64,000 nucleotides of DNA from NCBI RefSeq assembly GCF_006345805.1, contig NC_043001.1:15376001-15440000 (forward strand), written 5' to 3'. The DNA comes from Octopus sinensis (taxonomy: Eukaryota). Of the stretch, positions 11,712-23,029 are shown one piece after another. The notes beneath the pieces were generated by a model. It saw only the letters and a list, made by a program, of their open reading frames with translations, was not told where the DNA came from and ran no database searches. A program made the position numbers and the translations under genes. Positions within the stretch are counted from its first letter, which is position 1. Each line of letters begins with the position of its first letter.

Positions 11712-12760
11712 ATTGGTTTCAAATTTCTGCACAAAGCCAGCAGCTTCAGTGGAGAGGGTAAGTCAATTGCATTGACTCCAGTATGCAACGGGTACTTATT
11801 TTATCAATCCTGAAAGGATAGAAGGCAAAGTCAACTGCAGCAGGATTTGAACACAGAAAGTATAGATGGACGAAATGTTGCTAAGCATCTTTTCTGGCAC
11901 AGTAACAATTCTGCCAACTCACTACCTTAAAGTTATACAATGACTATTCTTTTCCACTCTAGGCACAAGGCCCGAAATTTTGGGGGAGGGGGCCAGTCAA
12001 TTAGATCGACACCAGTATGCAACTGGTACTTAATTTATCGACCCCAAAAGGATAAAAAGCAAAGTCGACCTTAGCAGAATTTGAGCTCAGAATGTAAAGA
12101 CAGACGAAATACGGCTATACATTTCACCCAGCGTGCTAACATTTCTTCCAACTTGCTGCCTTGTTGTACAACGAATATTCTTTTCTACTCTAGACACAAA
12201 GCCCGAAATTTCGGAGGGAGGGGCAGTCAATTAGATTAAGTACTAGTATGCAACTGGTACTTAATTTATTGACCCTGAAAGGATAAAAGGCAAGTCGACC
12301 CCAGTGGAATTTGAACTCAAGATGTAAAGACAGATGAAATACCTATTTCTTTATTACCCACAAGGGGCTAAACATAGAGGGGACAAACAAGGACAGACAT
12401 AGGTATTAAGTCGATTACATCGACCCCAGTGCGTAACTGGTACTTAATTTATCGACCCCAAAAGGGATGAAAGGTAAAGTCAACCTTGGCGGAATTTGAA
12501 CTGACAACGTAACGGCAGACGAAATACCTATTTCTTTATTACCCACAAGGGGCTAAACTTAGAGGGGACAAACAAGGACAGACATAGGTATTAAGTCGAT
12601 TATATCGACCCCAGAGCGTAACTGGTACTTAATTTATCGACCCTGAAAGGATGAAAGGCAAAGTTGACCTCGGCGGAATTTGAACTCACAACGTAACGGC
12701 AGACGAAATACCGCTAAGCATTTCGCCCGGCGTGCTAACAACTCTACCAGCTCGATGCCC
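11712..12760 (-). mobile_element. Multimeric SINE family B array
   Basis: Several bodies head-to-tail; the last two have a ~185-bp period. Confidence 0.8.
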
Positions 12761-13309
12761 TGTTACACAATGAATATCAAAAGAACCAATGACCTCCCTC
12801 AATTATAAACATTCAATTTCTGGGATATCAAGACTTTTTTTTCACATATTACAGTTACTTGAGCCTACTTGTTAGACAACAAACATAAAAGAATGCAACT
12901 TTTATTGTTTTTTCTCTCTTTTAGATATAACAGACATGAATGAGTGGTTAACTTTCCTTCCCAACCACAGGGTTACTGGGTTCAGTCCCACTGCATGGTA
13001 CCCTGGGTGAGTGTCTTGTACTACAGCCCAGGTTGATGAAAGCCTTGTAAGTGGATTTGGAAGAAATAAACTAACTCCACTGTATGTATGTGTGTGCAGG
13101 TGCATGTCTGCACAGGTGCATGTGAGCGTGGGTGCATGTGTACACAGGTGCTTGTGTACATGACTGAGGGTGTGCATGCGAGTGCAGGTGAACATGCATG
13201 TATGTGTATTTGTATGTGTGCATCCATGTATTCATGCATGTGCACACACACACACACATTTTTGAGTTTTACATTTCCATGTTGCTGAAAAAAAAAATCA
13301 CTGAGCTAC

Positions 13310-13363
13310 CAGTAGTGATATTGTTGAAATTTGCCATCAACACATCATCTGCTGGCTTTGCAC
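13310..13363 (-). CDS. Putative exon (G-AKPADDVLMANFNNITT)
   Basis: Acceptor cctcctcatctttgaag, donor GTAGCT, phase 1-1 fits its neighbours. Confidence 0.4.
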
Positions 13364-13729
13364 CTTCAAAGATGAGGAGGATAAGAGATCCTTAATTTGG
13401 GAAAATAGGTAAGGGTAGGCAACAGGAAGGGCATCCAGCTGTAAAATAATGCCCTGGTAATATATTTAAGCCATGCTAGTAAAAGAAAACTAGCAGACAT
13501 GAATCAAATGAACTGGTGAGAAAAAAGGGAATGATCTTCAGGCTGAAACCTGGCTTGAACACATGCAAGAGACTGGAATCTGCTAAAGGTACTCAAAGAA
13601 CTGTTGATATTAAACCAAGAAAGAGACTATCTTTACTAGCCAAGAACAGGAATCTTCTCACCAAAAGGCTAATGTATTAGCTTCCATCAATCAAATTTCA
13701 TTCACAAGGATTTGGTAGAAGACACTTTG

Positions 13730-14025
13730 TAACCCTGTGGGCCGACCAATGCCTTGTGAGTGGATTTGGTAGACGGAAACTGAAAGAAGCCTGTCGTATA
13801 TATGTATATATGTGTATGTGTGTGTATTTGTCCCCCTAGCATTGCTTGACAACCGATGCTGGTGTGTTTACGTCCCCGTCACTTAGCGGTTCGGCAAAAG
13901 AGACCGATAGAATAAGTACTGGGCTTACAAAGAATAAGTCCCGGGGTCGATTTGCTCGACTAAAGGCGGTGCTCCAGCATGGCCGCAGTCAAATGACTGA
14001 AACAAGTAAAAGAGAAAAAGAGTAA
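13730..14025 (+). mobile_element. 5'-truncated SINE family A with a 13-bp TSD
   Basis: AGAAGACACTTTG at 13717-13729 and 14026-14038 flanks the insert. Confidence 0.85.
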
Positions 14026-14889
14026 AGAAGACACTTTGCTTAAACTGTCATGAGGTGGAAATTTTAGCCCAAGGTAGACGTATGATTAAAGACAATCTAG
14101 TCATACCTGTCTTTTTATTCAAGCATAATCTATCTTAGTCCATGTTATCCAACGTTTGTTTTTTTTCAAAAGCAGTTATTCATCTGAGGGAGATTGGCTG
14201 CTATTTCTGGTGGTCAGCTAACGATGGAACTCGACATGATCACCTGAGATTTTTCTTTCTTTCTTTTTTTCTTTTTTAACTAACGTGTAAATGGTAATTA
14301 TGTGAAAGAATCAAGAACACAGTAATTGTTTAGAACAAATTTTAGATGCAATTACACACCTAATAGCATAATTTTAATTAAATACCTTTCTGTGTGACAA
14401 TTTCAGAGAATTATTCCTATATATTATTACAAATGCTGACATGTCATATGAGTGCAGTCTAATTTATTTTAATAAAATAACAAGACCATTGAGATTCCCC
14501 TACGAGTGCAACACTTAGTACGGCTTCAATCAAAAGTATAAATCTATCAATTTGGTTACTGCAATCTATTTTCAAATCACACTTGCATATTACTAACTGA
14601 TTATTTTCTCTGAAGGCTGTTATTAACTTTATTTTAAACACAAAATATAGAGTAATATATAAAACAGCTAACCTAACTACCTTATTCATAAATATGAACT
14701 CAATGTGAGTCATGCCTATAACTAGGAAAATTAAATTAAAAGATGTTATTTCATTTCAAAATATATATATGTAATGTCTCCTAACTATTAATATATGAAA
14801 TTATACTTAAGTATACTATTTTCTTAATTTGATATAACTAGAGTTTTAAAGGTATACTTCTATTTCAAAACTCAAAATTATCCATCATC

Positions 14890-15347
14890 TGTTGCCAGCC
14901 TCGCCTGGCCTCCGTGCCGGTGGCATCTAAAAGCACCATCCGTTTGTGGCCATTGCCAGCCTCGCCTGGCCTCCGTGCCGGTGGCACGTAAAAGCACCAT
15001 CCGTTCGTGGCCGTTGCCAGCCTCGCCTGGCCGCCATGCCGGTGGCACGTAAAAAGCACCATCCGTTCGTGGCCATTGCCAGCCTCGCCAGGCTGCCGTG
15101 CAGGTGGCACGTAAAAAGCACCATCCGTCCGTGGTCGTTTGCCAGCTCTGTCTGGCTCCTGTGCGGGTGGCACATAAAAAGCACCCACTACATTCACGGA
15201 GTGGTTGGCATTAGGAAGGGCATCCAGCCGTAGAAACACTGCCAGATCAGACTGGGCCTGATGCAGCCTTCTGGCTTCACAGACCCCAGTTGAACCGTCC
15301 AACCCATGCTAGCATGGAAAGCAGACGCTAAATGATGATGATGATGA
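14890..15347 (+). mobile_element. Family D element with five ~61-bp internal tandem units
   Basis: GTGGCA motif at 14920, 14981, 15042, 15104, 15167; (GAT)n tail. Confidence 0.85.
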
Positions 15348-15354
15348 TCCTTAC

Positions 15355-15400
15355 CATTCAGGATACATTTTGCCACTCTGGTGGGGTTTGAAGAGGTCAA
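15355..15400 (-). CDS. Putative exon (LTSSNPTRVAKCILN-G), copy 1
   Basis: tgtacag acceptor, strong GTAAGG donor, phase 0-1. Confidence 0.4.
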
Positions 15401-16022
15401 CTGTACAAATTTTAAGGCTTTCTCCTCAATTCACATTTGTCATGTGATGAACATTCTGTCCAATCAAATGCATCATCAAAGAACTAATTTTCCATTCTCT
15501 TCTATTGTACAGAAATGACTAAACAACATAGTTAATATTTACATATTTAACCCTTTTGTTACCTTATTTCTGTTGAGATGCTCTGTGTTTCTTTCAATTA
15601 ATTTTAAATTGATCAATGGAAATTGCAGCTGAGTTACCAGTGCCGGTGGCACGTAAGAGAACCATCCAAACGTGGCCATTGCCAGTGCCGCCCCGACTGG
15701 CCTCGTGCCGGTGGCACGTAAAAAGCACCATCCGTTCGTGGCTGTTGCCAGCCTCGCCTGGCCCCCAGGCTGGTGGCACGTAAAAAGCACCATCCGTTCA
15801 TAGCCGTTGCCAGCCTCGCCTGGCCCCCGTGCTGGTGGCACATAAAAAGCACCCACTACATTCACGGAGTGGTTGGCATTAGGAAGGGCATCCAGCCGTA
15901 GAAACACTGCCAGATCAGACTGGGCCTGATGCAGCCTTCTGGCTTCACAGACCCCAGTTGAACCGTCCAACCCATGCTAGCATGGAAAGCAGACGCTAAA
16001 TGATGATGATGATGATCCTTAC

Positions 16023-16068
16023 CATTCAGGATACATTTTGCCACTCTGGTGGGGTTTGAAGAGGTCAA
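16023..16068 (-). CDS. Putative exon (LTSSNPTRVAKCILN-G), duplicated copy 2
   Basis: Identical to 15355-15400. Confidence 0.35.
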
Positions 16069-16307
16069 CTGTACAAATTTTAAGGCTTTCTCCTCAATTC
16101 ACATTTGTCATGTGATGAACATTCTGTCCAATCAAATGCATCATCAAAGAACTAATTTTCCATTCTCTTCTATTGTACAGAAATGACTAAACAACATAGT
16201 TAATATTTACATATTTAACCCTTTTGTTACCTTATTTCTGTTGAGATGCTCTGTGTTTCTTTCAATTAATTTTAAATTGATCAATGGAAATTGCAGCTGA
16301 GTTACCA

Positions 16308-16745
16308 GTGCCGGTGGCACGTAAGAGAACCATCCAAACGTGGCCATTGCCAGTGCCGCCCCGACTGGCCTCGTGCCGGTGGCACGTAAAAAGCACCATC
16401 CGTTCGTGGCTGTTGCCAGCCTCGCCTGGCCCCCAGGCTGGTGGCACGTAAAAAGCACCATCCGTTCATAGCCGTTGCCAGCCTCGCCTGGCCCCCGTGC
16501 TGGTGGCACATAAAAAGCACCATCCAATCGTGGCCGTTTGCCAGACTTGTCTGGCACCTGTGCCGGTGGCACGTAAAAAGCACCCACTACACTCATGGAG
16601 TGGTTGGCGTTAGGAAGGGCATCCAGCCGTAGAAACATTGCCAGATCAAACTGGGCCTGGTGCAGCCTTCTGGCTTCCCAGACCGCAGTTGAACCGTCCA
16701 ACCCATGCTAGCATGGAAAGCGGACGCTAAACGATGATGATGATA
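16308..16745 (+). mobile_element. Family D element
   Basis: Internal units plus the TAAACGATGATGATG tail. Confidence 0.85.
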
Positions 16746-17243
16746 AAGAATTTAGGAATATTTGGGCCAGATATGGTCACTTTAAATGCTAAAGTGGTTA
16801 AGAGAGATTTTGCTGTTTTATTTTTCTATACAGTCAAGTGAACATGTAGAGTTCCCTTCTTTAGCTCAACTTTTTCCATGTATAATCATATGGAAATCAT
16901 GAAGAAGAATCAACAAAAACACAATAATTGTTCAGAATAGATTTTTGTATGTGATGTTTTCAGAGAGGTACTAATCAAATGCTGGGGCCTATCTTTTGTT
17001 TGTTGGGATCAGTTACATTGCATAGTGAGAAGGATCATGGAAGGAACACTCCATGACCCTTTCTCCACCCAGAAACAGAAGTGGGTTGAGTGAGTGTCAA
17101 GCATCTTCTTATCTTATAAGAAAACTAATGCGTTGCTAAAACTGTTCAAAGATAGCTTGATGTGTAGAACAACAGGGAACAGAAATTAAAAGGAAGAAGG
17201 CACTGTTGTAAGTATTCAGGGAAGCTTTCTAGTCTGAAGATAC

Positions 17244-17307
17244 CTTTTTCGAAATAGTCCTAAAATCCCTGAAAAGGGTTATGGGCATTGCCCTTTCTCC
17301 TCTAATT
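17244..17307 (-). CDS. Putative exon (L-IRGERAMPITLFRDFRTISKK)
   Basis: Very strong acceptor ttttctgttattttttcttctttccag, donor AAG|GTATCT, single open frame, phase 2-0. Confidence 0.6.
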
Positions 17308-17628
17308 CTGGAAAGAAGAAAAAAATAACAGAAAACGAACCATCCATCATTGAAATCCTCAACCATCAAATCATAGACTTCTCAATCCAACATGACATTT
17401 CCAAAGCAACATAATAGTCTTGCTTGACTGACTTACCACACATCAGCCAATGCTTCTAATATTCAGCTACTTTTTCAGCCCACTCAGTATTACTCCAAAG
17501 AACTTTAAAAATCATCAGTGGAAACATGATACTAATCTCACCAACCTATAATGAGCTTGATTGGTTAAAAGTTTATTACTTAGAGAATTATACATTCAAA
17601 AACATATGTAAATACTGATTTCACATAC

Positions 17629-17715
17629 AAGAATTTAATTCTTCTTTGAATTACTGGATGATAATCCTTCCTAATTGGTAACTTCCATGTACTCATAAAT
17701 GTAGTTTTTCTAAAC
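17629..17715 (-). CDS. Putative exon (FRKTTFMSTWKLPIRKDYHPVIQRRIKF)
   Basis: atttctgacag acceptor, GTATGT donor, phase 2-2. Confidence 0.5.
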
Positions 17716-19229
17716 CTGTCAGAAATAACTATGTTCACACCTACAACATATCAGCTGGATTCGAAATAAATTTAGAAGAAATCTCATCAGTGGTGTTGTA
17801 TGTTGATTTACTTTCACAGAATTATTCAATGAATGTCTAAGGTGTCTTTCCAGACTACCCTCGGGGAAGTAAACTTGTTTCAGATGTGCCAAATTGCTAA
17901 GATCTTCTCTGTAAGAAGCATAGCTGTGCTGATGGCTTTTCATTCTTAAAACAACAGCAAGAACTTTAAAAATTACACATCCTTCAATAGCTTAAGCAGA
18001 GCTAGAGCAGGAGAACTACAGAGATGCTTAAGAAAACCAATCAAAGATGTTAGAAAATGTGAATGTAATCTAGCCAAGCTTGAAAGAACAAAAAAAAAAA
18101 TGTCCTATTATTTTTGTTTCCTTCAAAGAAACATATTTAGTCTCAGAATTAATGAAGAGATAAAAATAGGCAGAAAGTATTTTGCAAGTAATAAATTAAT
18201 TAGTAAGCCTGAAAATAACCTTTTAGTGCCTGAAATTGCTTAAAAAAGATAAATTGCTGATAGTGAAAAATAACTACGAATAGCTTAGAATACTCAGCAA
18301 GACAAATTATCTCATTGGTTGGTATCGCCAAAAACCTTCCTCCTTTACCCAGTTAAAACTATACTTGACAAGCTGGTTACTCCCCTTTGGCAGATAAATG
18401 CCTCTTTTCACCGTCACATCATGACACCAGAGAAATCATCGTTCTTAGGCTACCCCCATAAAATCTTTCACTGTTATTTACAGAACCTTTGAACCCAGGG
18501 ATCTTATCACTGCCAGGTTACTGCTATAAAGCACCCCACCACCATTATTTACCCACAAAATGGAGGCATTCTTTGTACCCAGTGGTCTTTACAGCCACTA
18601 TAAACACCTTGATACTTCAAACCAATCGACAAGCAGTAAGAATAAAGAGTGACAAAGGATAGATGGACTCTGCAGTCCAATCACTGACAGGCCTCTCTAA
18701 TGCTAGTAGGGCAATAAAATTAACCTATTTCTTTACTACCCACAAGGGGCTAAACACAGAGAGGACAAACAAGGACAGACAAACGGACTAAGTCGATTAT
18801 AGCGACCCCAATGCGTAACTGGCAATAAAATTAACCTGTTCTATGTTGTAAAGTGGCTGTGATAGGGAGGGCATCCAGTTCTGTAAAAATGAAAGGAATG
18901 AACAAATAGAAGATGATGGGTAGGAGGGGGCTTGTTTTATTGCAAACCAAACAGACTCACTATTTGTCTGAAGACAAAATATGGTAGCAGAGGTTCTCTA
19001 GACTTTTTAAAGACAAGTTCTCTAGTGCCAGTATCACGATAAAATGTGCCTGGCCCATGCTCTAATGTACTTTGTCAAAAACTGTGATAAAACCAGCAAG
19101 GTTGATCTGGGACTAAACAGCATAATGCGTAAGATAATGAAGGATTGCTATAGAAGGTGAGTCAAAGGACGATATTGGATAATGATATGAAGGACAAATG
19201 GTTAGCAGTGAGACAGGAGCATGGTTAAT

Positions 19230-19465
19230 AGTTATTTCTTTACTACCCACAAGGGGCTAAACACAGAAGGGACAAACAAGGACCGACAAATGGATTAAGT
19301 CGATTACACTGACCCCAGTGCGTAGCTGGTACTTATTTAATCGACCCCGAAAGGATGAAAGGCAAAGTCGACCTCGGTGGAATTTGAACTCAGAACGTAA
19401 CGGCAGCCGAAATACGGCTACGCATTTCGCCCAGCGTGCTAACGTTTCTGCCAGCTTGCTGCCTT
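19230..19465 (-). mobile_element. SINE family B
   Basis: Full head and body, reverse strand. Confidence 0.85.
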
Positions 19466-19639
19466 AAATGGTTAATAGTGAAAGGTCACAGATGATGGTG
19501 ACGTAAAGATCTGTAACAGCTTGTGATGAAGGACAATGGAGAATCAAATCACATCACAGAGGTTACCCATCTAAGAGGGCAGTAATTCTGATTAACAACT
19601 GATAGGGCTGGTGGCATGATAAAATATACTTATTATATT

Positions 19640-19960
19640 CGATACTGCATGTGAAAAACAACATTCGAGCGGGGTCATTGCCAGTGCCACCAGACTGGCT
19701 CCCATGCAGGTGGCATGTAAAAAACACCTTTTGAGTGTGGTCGTTGCCAGTACCGCCTGACTGGCCCTCATGCCGTTGGCATGTAAAAGCACCCACTACA
19801 TTCTTGGAGTGGTTGGCGTTAGGAAGGGCATCCAGCTGTAGAAATCTTGCCAGATCAGATTGGAGCCTGGTGCACCCGTTGGCTCGCCAGACCTCAGTCA
19901 AACCGTTCAACCCATGCCAGCATGGAAAGCAGATGTTTAAACGATGATGATGATGATGAT
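19640..19960 (+). mobile_element. Family D element
   Basis: AGGAAGGGCATCCAGCTGTAGAAA and (GAT)n tail. Confidence 0.8.
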
Positions 19961-20474
19961 AATGCAGATGGGGAACAGGAAGGGCATCCAACCTTAGAAA
20001 GTATGTCAAAGCTAGAACAAACAAGAGGCAAACTCTGCAACAAACATCACAGGTTACCTATGTAGGATAATGTACTTCTAGATACAGTGTGAAAAATATG
20101 AGGTGGTTATGGTCCGAATGTCTTTTATTATAGGTCTTCTAGACCAGGCCTAACCAGGTGTCAAATAATTAAATTTTGACACAAAGACAGCAATTTTCAG
20201 AGAAGGGGTAGGTCGCTTACATTGACTAGTGCCTGACTGGTACTTGATTTTACCAACACTGAAAAGATGAAAGGCAAAGTCGACCTCAAAATTTCAACTC
20301 AGAACTTAAGTGTCGAAAGATGCCACTAAGTATTCTTTCCATGTGCTAATGATTCTGCCAGCTCACTGCCTTGCATCCACTAATTAAATAATAACTAAAT
20401 ACAAATGAGTCAATGAGGGACTGTCGCTCAACCCACTAGAAATACCAGTTAAATCTATCCCCTTTTGTTAACAA

Positions 20475-20596
20475 AGGTACTACTTAAATACAGAGGGCCC
20501 GACGCATCTACGTAACCCTAACCCCCTAATGAGTGTGCACTTTAAAAGCATATCGTTATGTAGATGCATCGGGACCTCTGAAGGAAAGTAGTGCCT
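20475..20596. mobile_element. 122-bp MITE with 42-bp imperfect TIRs and a 6-bp TSD
   Basis: TAACAA|AGGTACTACTT...AAGTAGTGCCT|TAACAA. Confidence 0.7.
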
Positions 20597-20689
20597 TAAC
20601 AAATTTCTATCAAAATGCACCAGCTTTGTTTTAATTAATTTTGAAAATAATGAAAAATTTAATAAAATAACTCATTACTTCGCTAGTGT

Positions 20690-21070
20690 TTACTCTTTTA
20701 CTTGTTTCAGTCATTTGACTGTGGCCATGCTGGAGCACCGCCTTTAGTCGAGCAAATCGACCCCGGGACTTATTCTTTGTAAGCCCAGTACTTATTCTAT
20801 CGGTCTCTTTTGCCGAACCGCTAAGTTACGGGGATGTAAACACACCAGCGTCGGTTGTCAAGCAATGCTAGGGGGACAAACACACACACACAAACACACA
20901 CATACACATATATACGACAGGCTTCTTTCAGTTTCTGTCTAACAAATCCACTCACAAGGCATTGGTCGGCCCGGGGCTATAGCAGAAGACACTTGCCCAA
21001 GATGCCACGCAGTGGGACTGAACCCGGAACCATGTTGTTGGTTAGCAAGCTACTTACCACACAGCCACTC
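20690..21070 (-). mobile_element. SINE family A
   Basis: Full-length reverse copy. Confidence 0.85.
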
Positions 21071-21520
21071 ACACTTTTTTTTTAACAATGAAATTTTGAT
21101 GGAAAGTTTCAATTTAAACCACTCCAAAGCTGGTATTAAAAGAGTTAAAAGTTACTCAACCATTTAAACAAAAAAAATGGGACAAATTATATGGAATATT
21201 GTAATTCTAGACATGTTTCGAAAGAGAAAAAAATTATGTGATAGTTGAGGTTGAGTATCAAGTTATAGGATAGACAATGATATATCCTTGCTTTTCCAAA
21301 ACGATAGGGTTCTGTACCGCCGCATGGCATCTTGGAAAGCTGACTTCTGTGAAACTAAAACCGCGGGATTTCTGAAGAGGAAAAAATTTAATGCGAATTA
21401 CATGTTTCAGAAGGCGGGATATTATGAAACGATGAAAGATAATGAAAAAAAGGTTAACATTTTTGCTCCCCTGAATCAGGGATATTTGCTCAAAAACTCC
21501 GCCCTTTATTTTATCGATTA

Positions 21521-22021
21521 CTAGCAGTATCGCCCGGCGTTGCTCGGGTTTATAAGGGAAATAGCTATATAAGCATTTTTAGAGAGTTATAGCCAAAAAA
21601 GAGCAAAAAAATGCATTAAAAATGGAAAAAAAATGATGGTAAATTTTTTTTTAAATCGTTGACTCATCGTAGACATTTTTAGAGAGTTACTTCCCTTATA
21701 TAATAGCGAAAAAAATGCATTAAAATGGAAAAAAAATGATGGTAAATTTTTTTTTAAATTGTAGACTCATCGTAGACGTTTTTAGAGAGTTACTTCCCTT
21801 ATATAATAGCGAAAAAATGCATTAAAATGGAAAAAAAATGATGGTAAATTGTTTTTTAAATCGTAGACTCATCGTAGACGCACGCTAATACCCAGAAGGG
21901 CTCGATATGAATCACGACTATAAGATACCCGGTTTTGGTTAAACTGCACCGCAAAATGTGGGAGTAGTTAGGAATCTAAATCGTAGGAGACAGACACACA
22001 ACTTGACTTTTATATATAAAG
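21521..22021 (-). mobile_element. Non-autonomous Helitron, subfamily 1
   Basis: 3' CCCGAGCAACGCCGGG hairpin then CTAG|T; internal ~86-bp tandem units. Confidence 0.75.
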
Positions 22022-22023
22022 TA

Positions 22024-22418
22024 CTAGCAGCATCGCCCGGCGTTGCTCGGGTTTGTTTCGACCCTTTAGAATTGGAATTTTTGAAAAGTAAAAATTTTGC
22101 ATTATGTAGCTTGTTATTCTCTTTAAGTGAACATTTTATTTTTTTGGTTGAAATACACCGACAAATGGCGATACAGCAGTCAAAAAATTCGTAAAAAATA
22201 GGGATTTTCATAGAAAAAAAGCACCTTTTTGATGTAAATAATTTTTGGTGTTACCATGGTCCGATTTGGATTTTTTCTTCTACAGAAGGAAGAACAAGCC
22301 TTCTTCTATCATAGTCTCAATTTTGGTCAACTTGCGCCGCAGGGTCTCGGAGGAGATAGTGTTAGTTGAAGGCTACCAAACCTGCTATACACAGACAACT
22401 TCAGCTTTATATATATAT
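22024..22418 (-). mobile_element. Non-autonomous Helitron, subfamily 2
   Basis: Same hairpin and CTAG terminus but a different interior; homologous to 52240-52632. Confidence 0.7.
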
Positions 22419-22618
22419 CAGTGCTTTTCAACATTTTTGCTGGAGCAGAACCCCAAGGAAACATTCCACTGGCTCGAGGAACCCCTGTGCAATAATTTAA
22501 TAGTCTTATGCACACATATCAGGCACAGGAGAATTAAAAATTACTGCCGATTTTAGCAGTTTTGTAACTTCTTGCGGAACCCCTGGACTGTACTGGCGGA
22601 ACCCTGGTGGAAAACCAG
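22419..22618. mobile_element. hAT/Charlie-like MITE remnant
   Basis: Begins CAGTGCTTTTCAAC, internal GGAACCCC motifs, degenerate right TIR GGTGGAAAACCA. Confidence 0.5.
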
Positions 22619-22621
22619 ATA

Positions 22622-23017
22622 TCTTTATATATAAAAGTGAAGTTGTGTGTGTGTCTCCTACGATTTAGATTCCTAACTACTCCCACATTTTGCGGTGCAG
22701 TTTAACCAAAAGCGGGTATCTTATAGTCGTGATTCATATCGAGCCCTTCTGGGTATTAGCGCGCGTCTACGATGAGTCTACGATTTAAAAAAAAATTTAC
22801 CATCATTTTTTCCATTTTAATGCATTTTTTTCGCTATTATATAAGGGAAGTAACTCTCTAAAAATGTCTACGATGAGTCAACGATTTAAAAAAAAATTAC
22901 CATAATTTTTTTTTCCATTTTTAATGCATTTTTTTGCTATTTTGTGGCTATAACTCTAAAAATGCTTATATAGTTATTTCCCTTACAAACCCGAGCAACG
23001 CCGGGCGATACTGCTAG
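22622..23017 (+). mobile_element. Non-autonomous Helitron, subfamily 1
   Basis: A|TC 5' end, 3' hairpin plus CTAG|T, no TSD. Confidence 0.85.
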
Positions 23018-23029
23018 TAGAGAGATAAA

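Larger units (their letters stand above)
15166..16501. repeat. Tandem duplication of a 668-bp unit (15166-15833 / 15834-16501)
   Basis: Copies appear identical by eye; identical ORFs in the track are offset by 668. Confidence 0.95.

Noticed and set aside
14459-14713. 84-aa ORF as an exon
   Set aside because: No consistent splice-site pair fits the chain; may be chance in AT-rich DNA.
14890-16560. CRISPR-like array (palindromic repeats at a ~61-bp period)
   Set aside because: The spacers are near-identical, the units sit inside a dispersed retroelement, there are no cas genes, and the context is eukaryotic.
17810-17944. Exon MKSHQHSYASYREDLSNLAHLKQVYFPEG
   Set aside because: The acceptor is plausible but the donor and phase could not be fitted unambiguously; left out of the chain.
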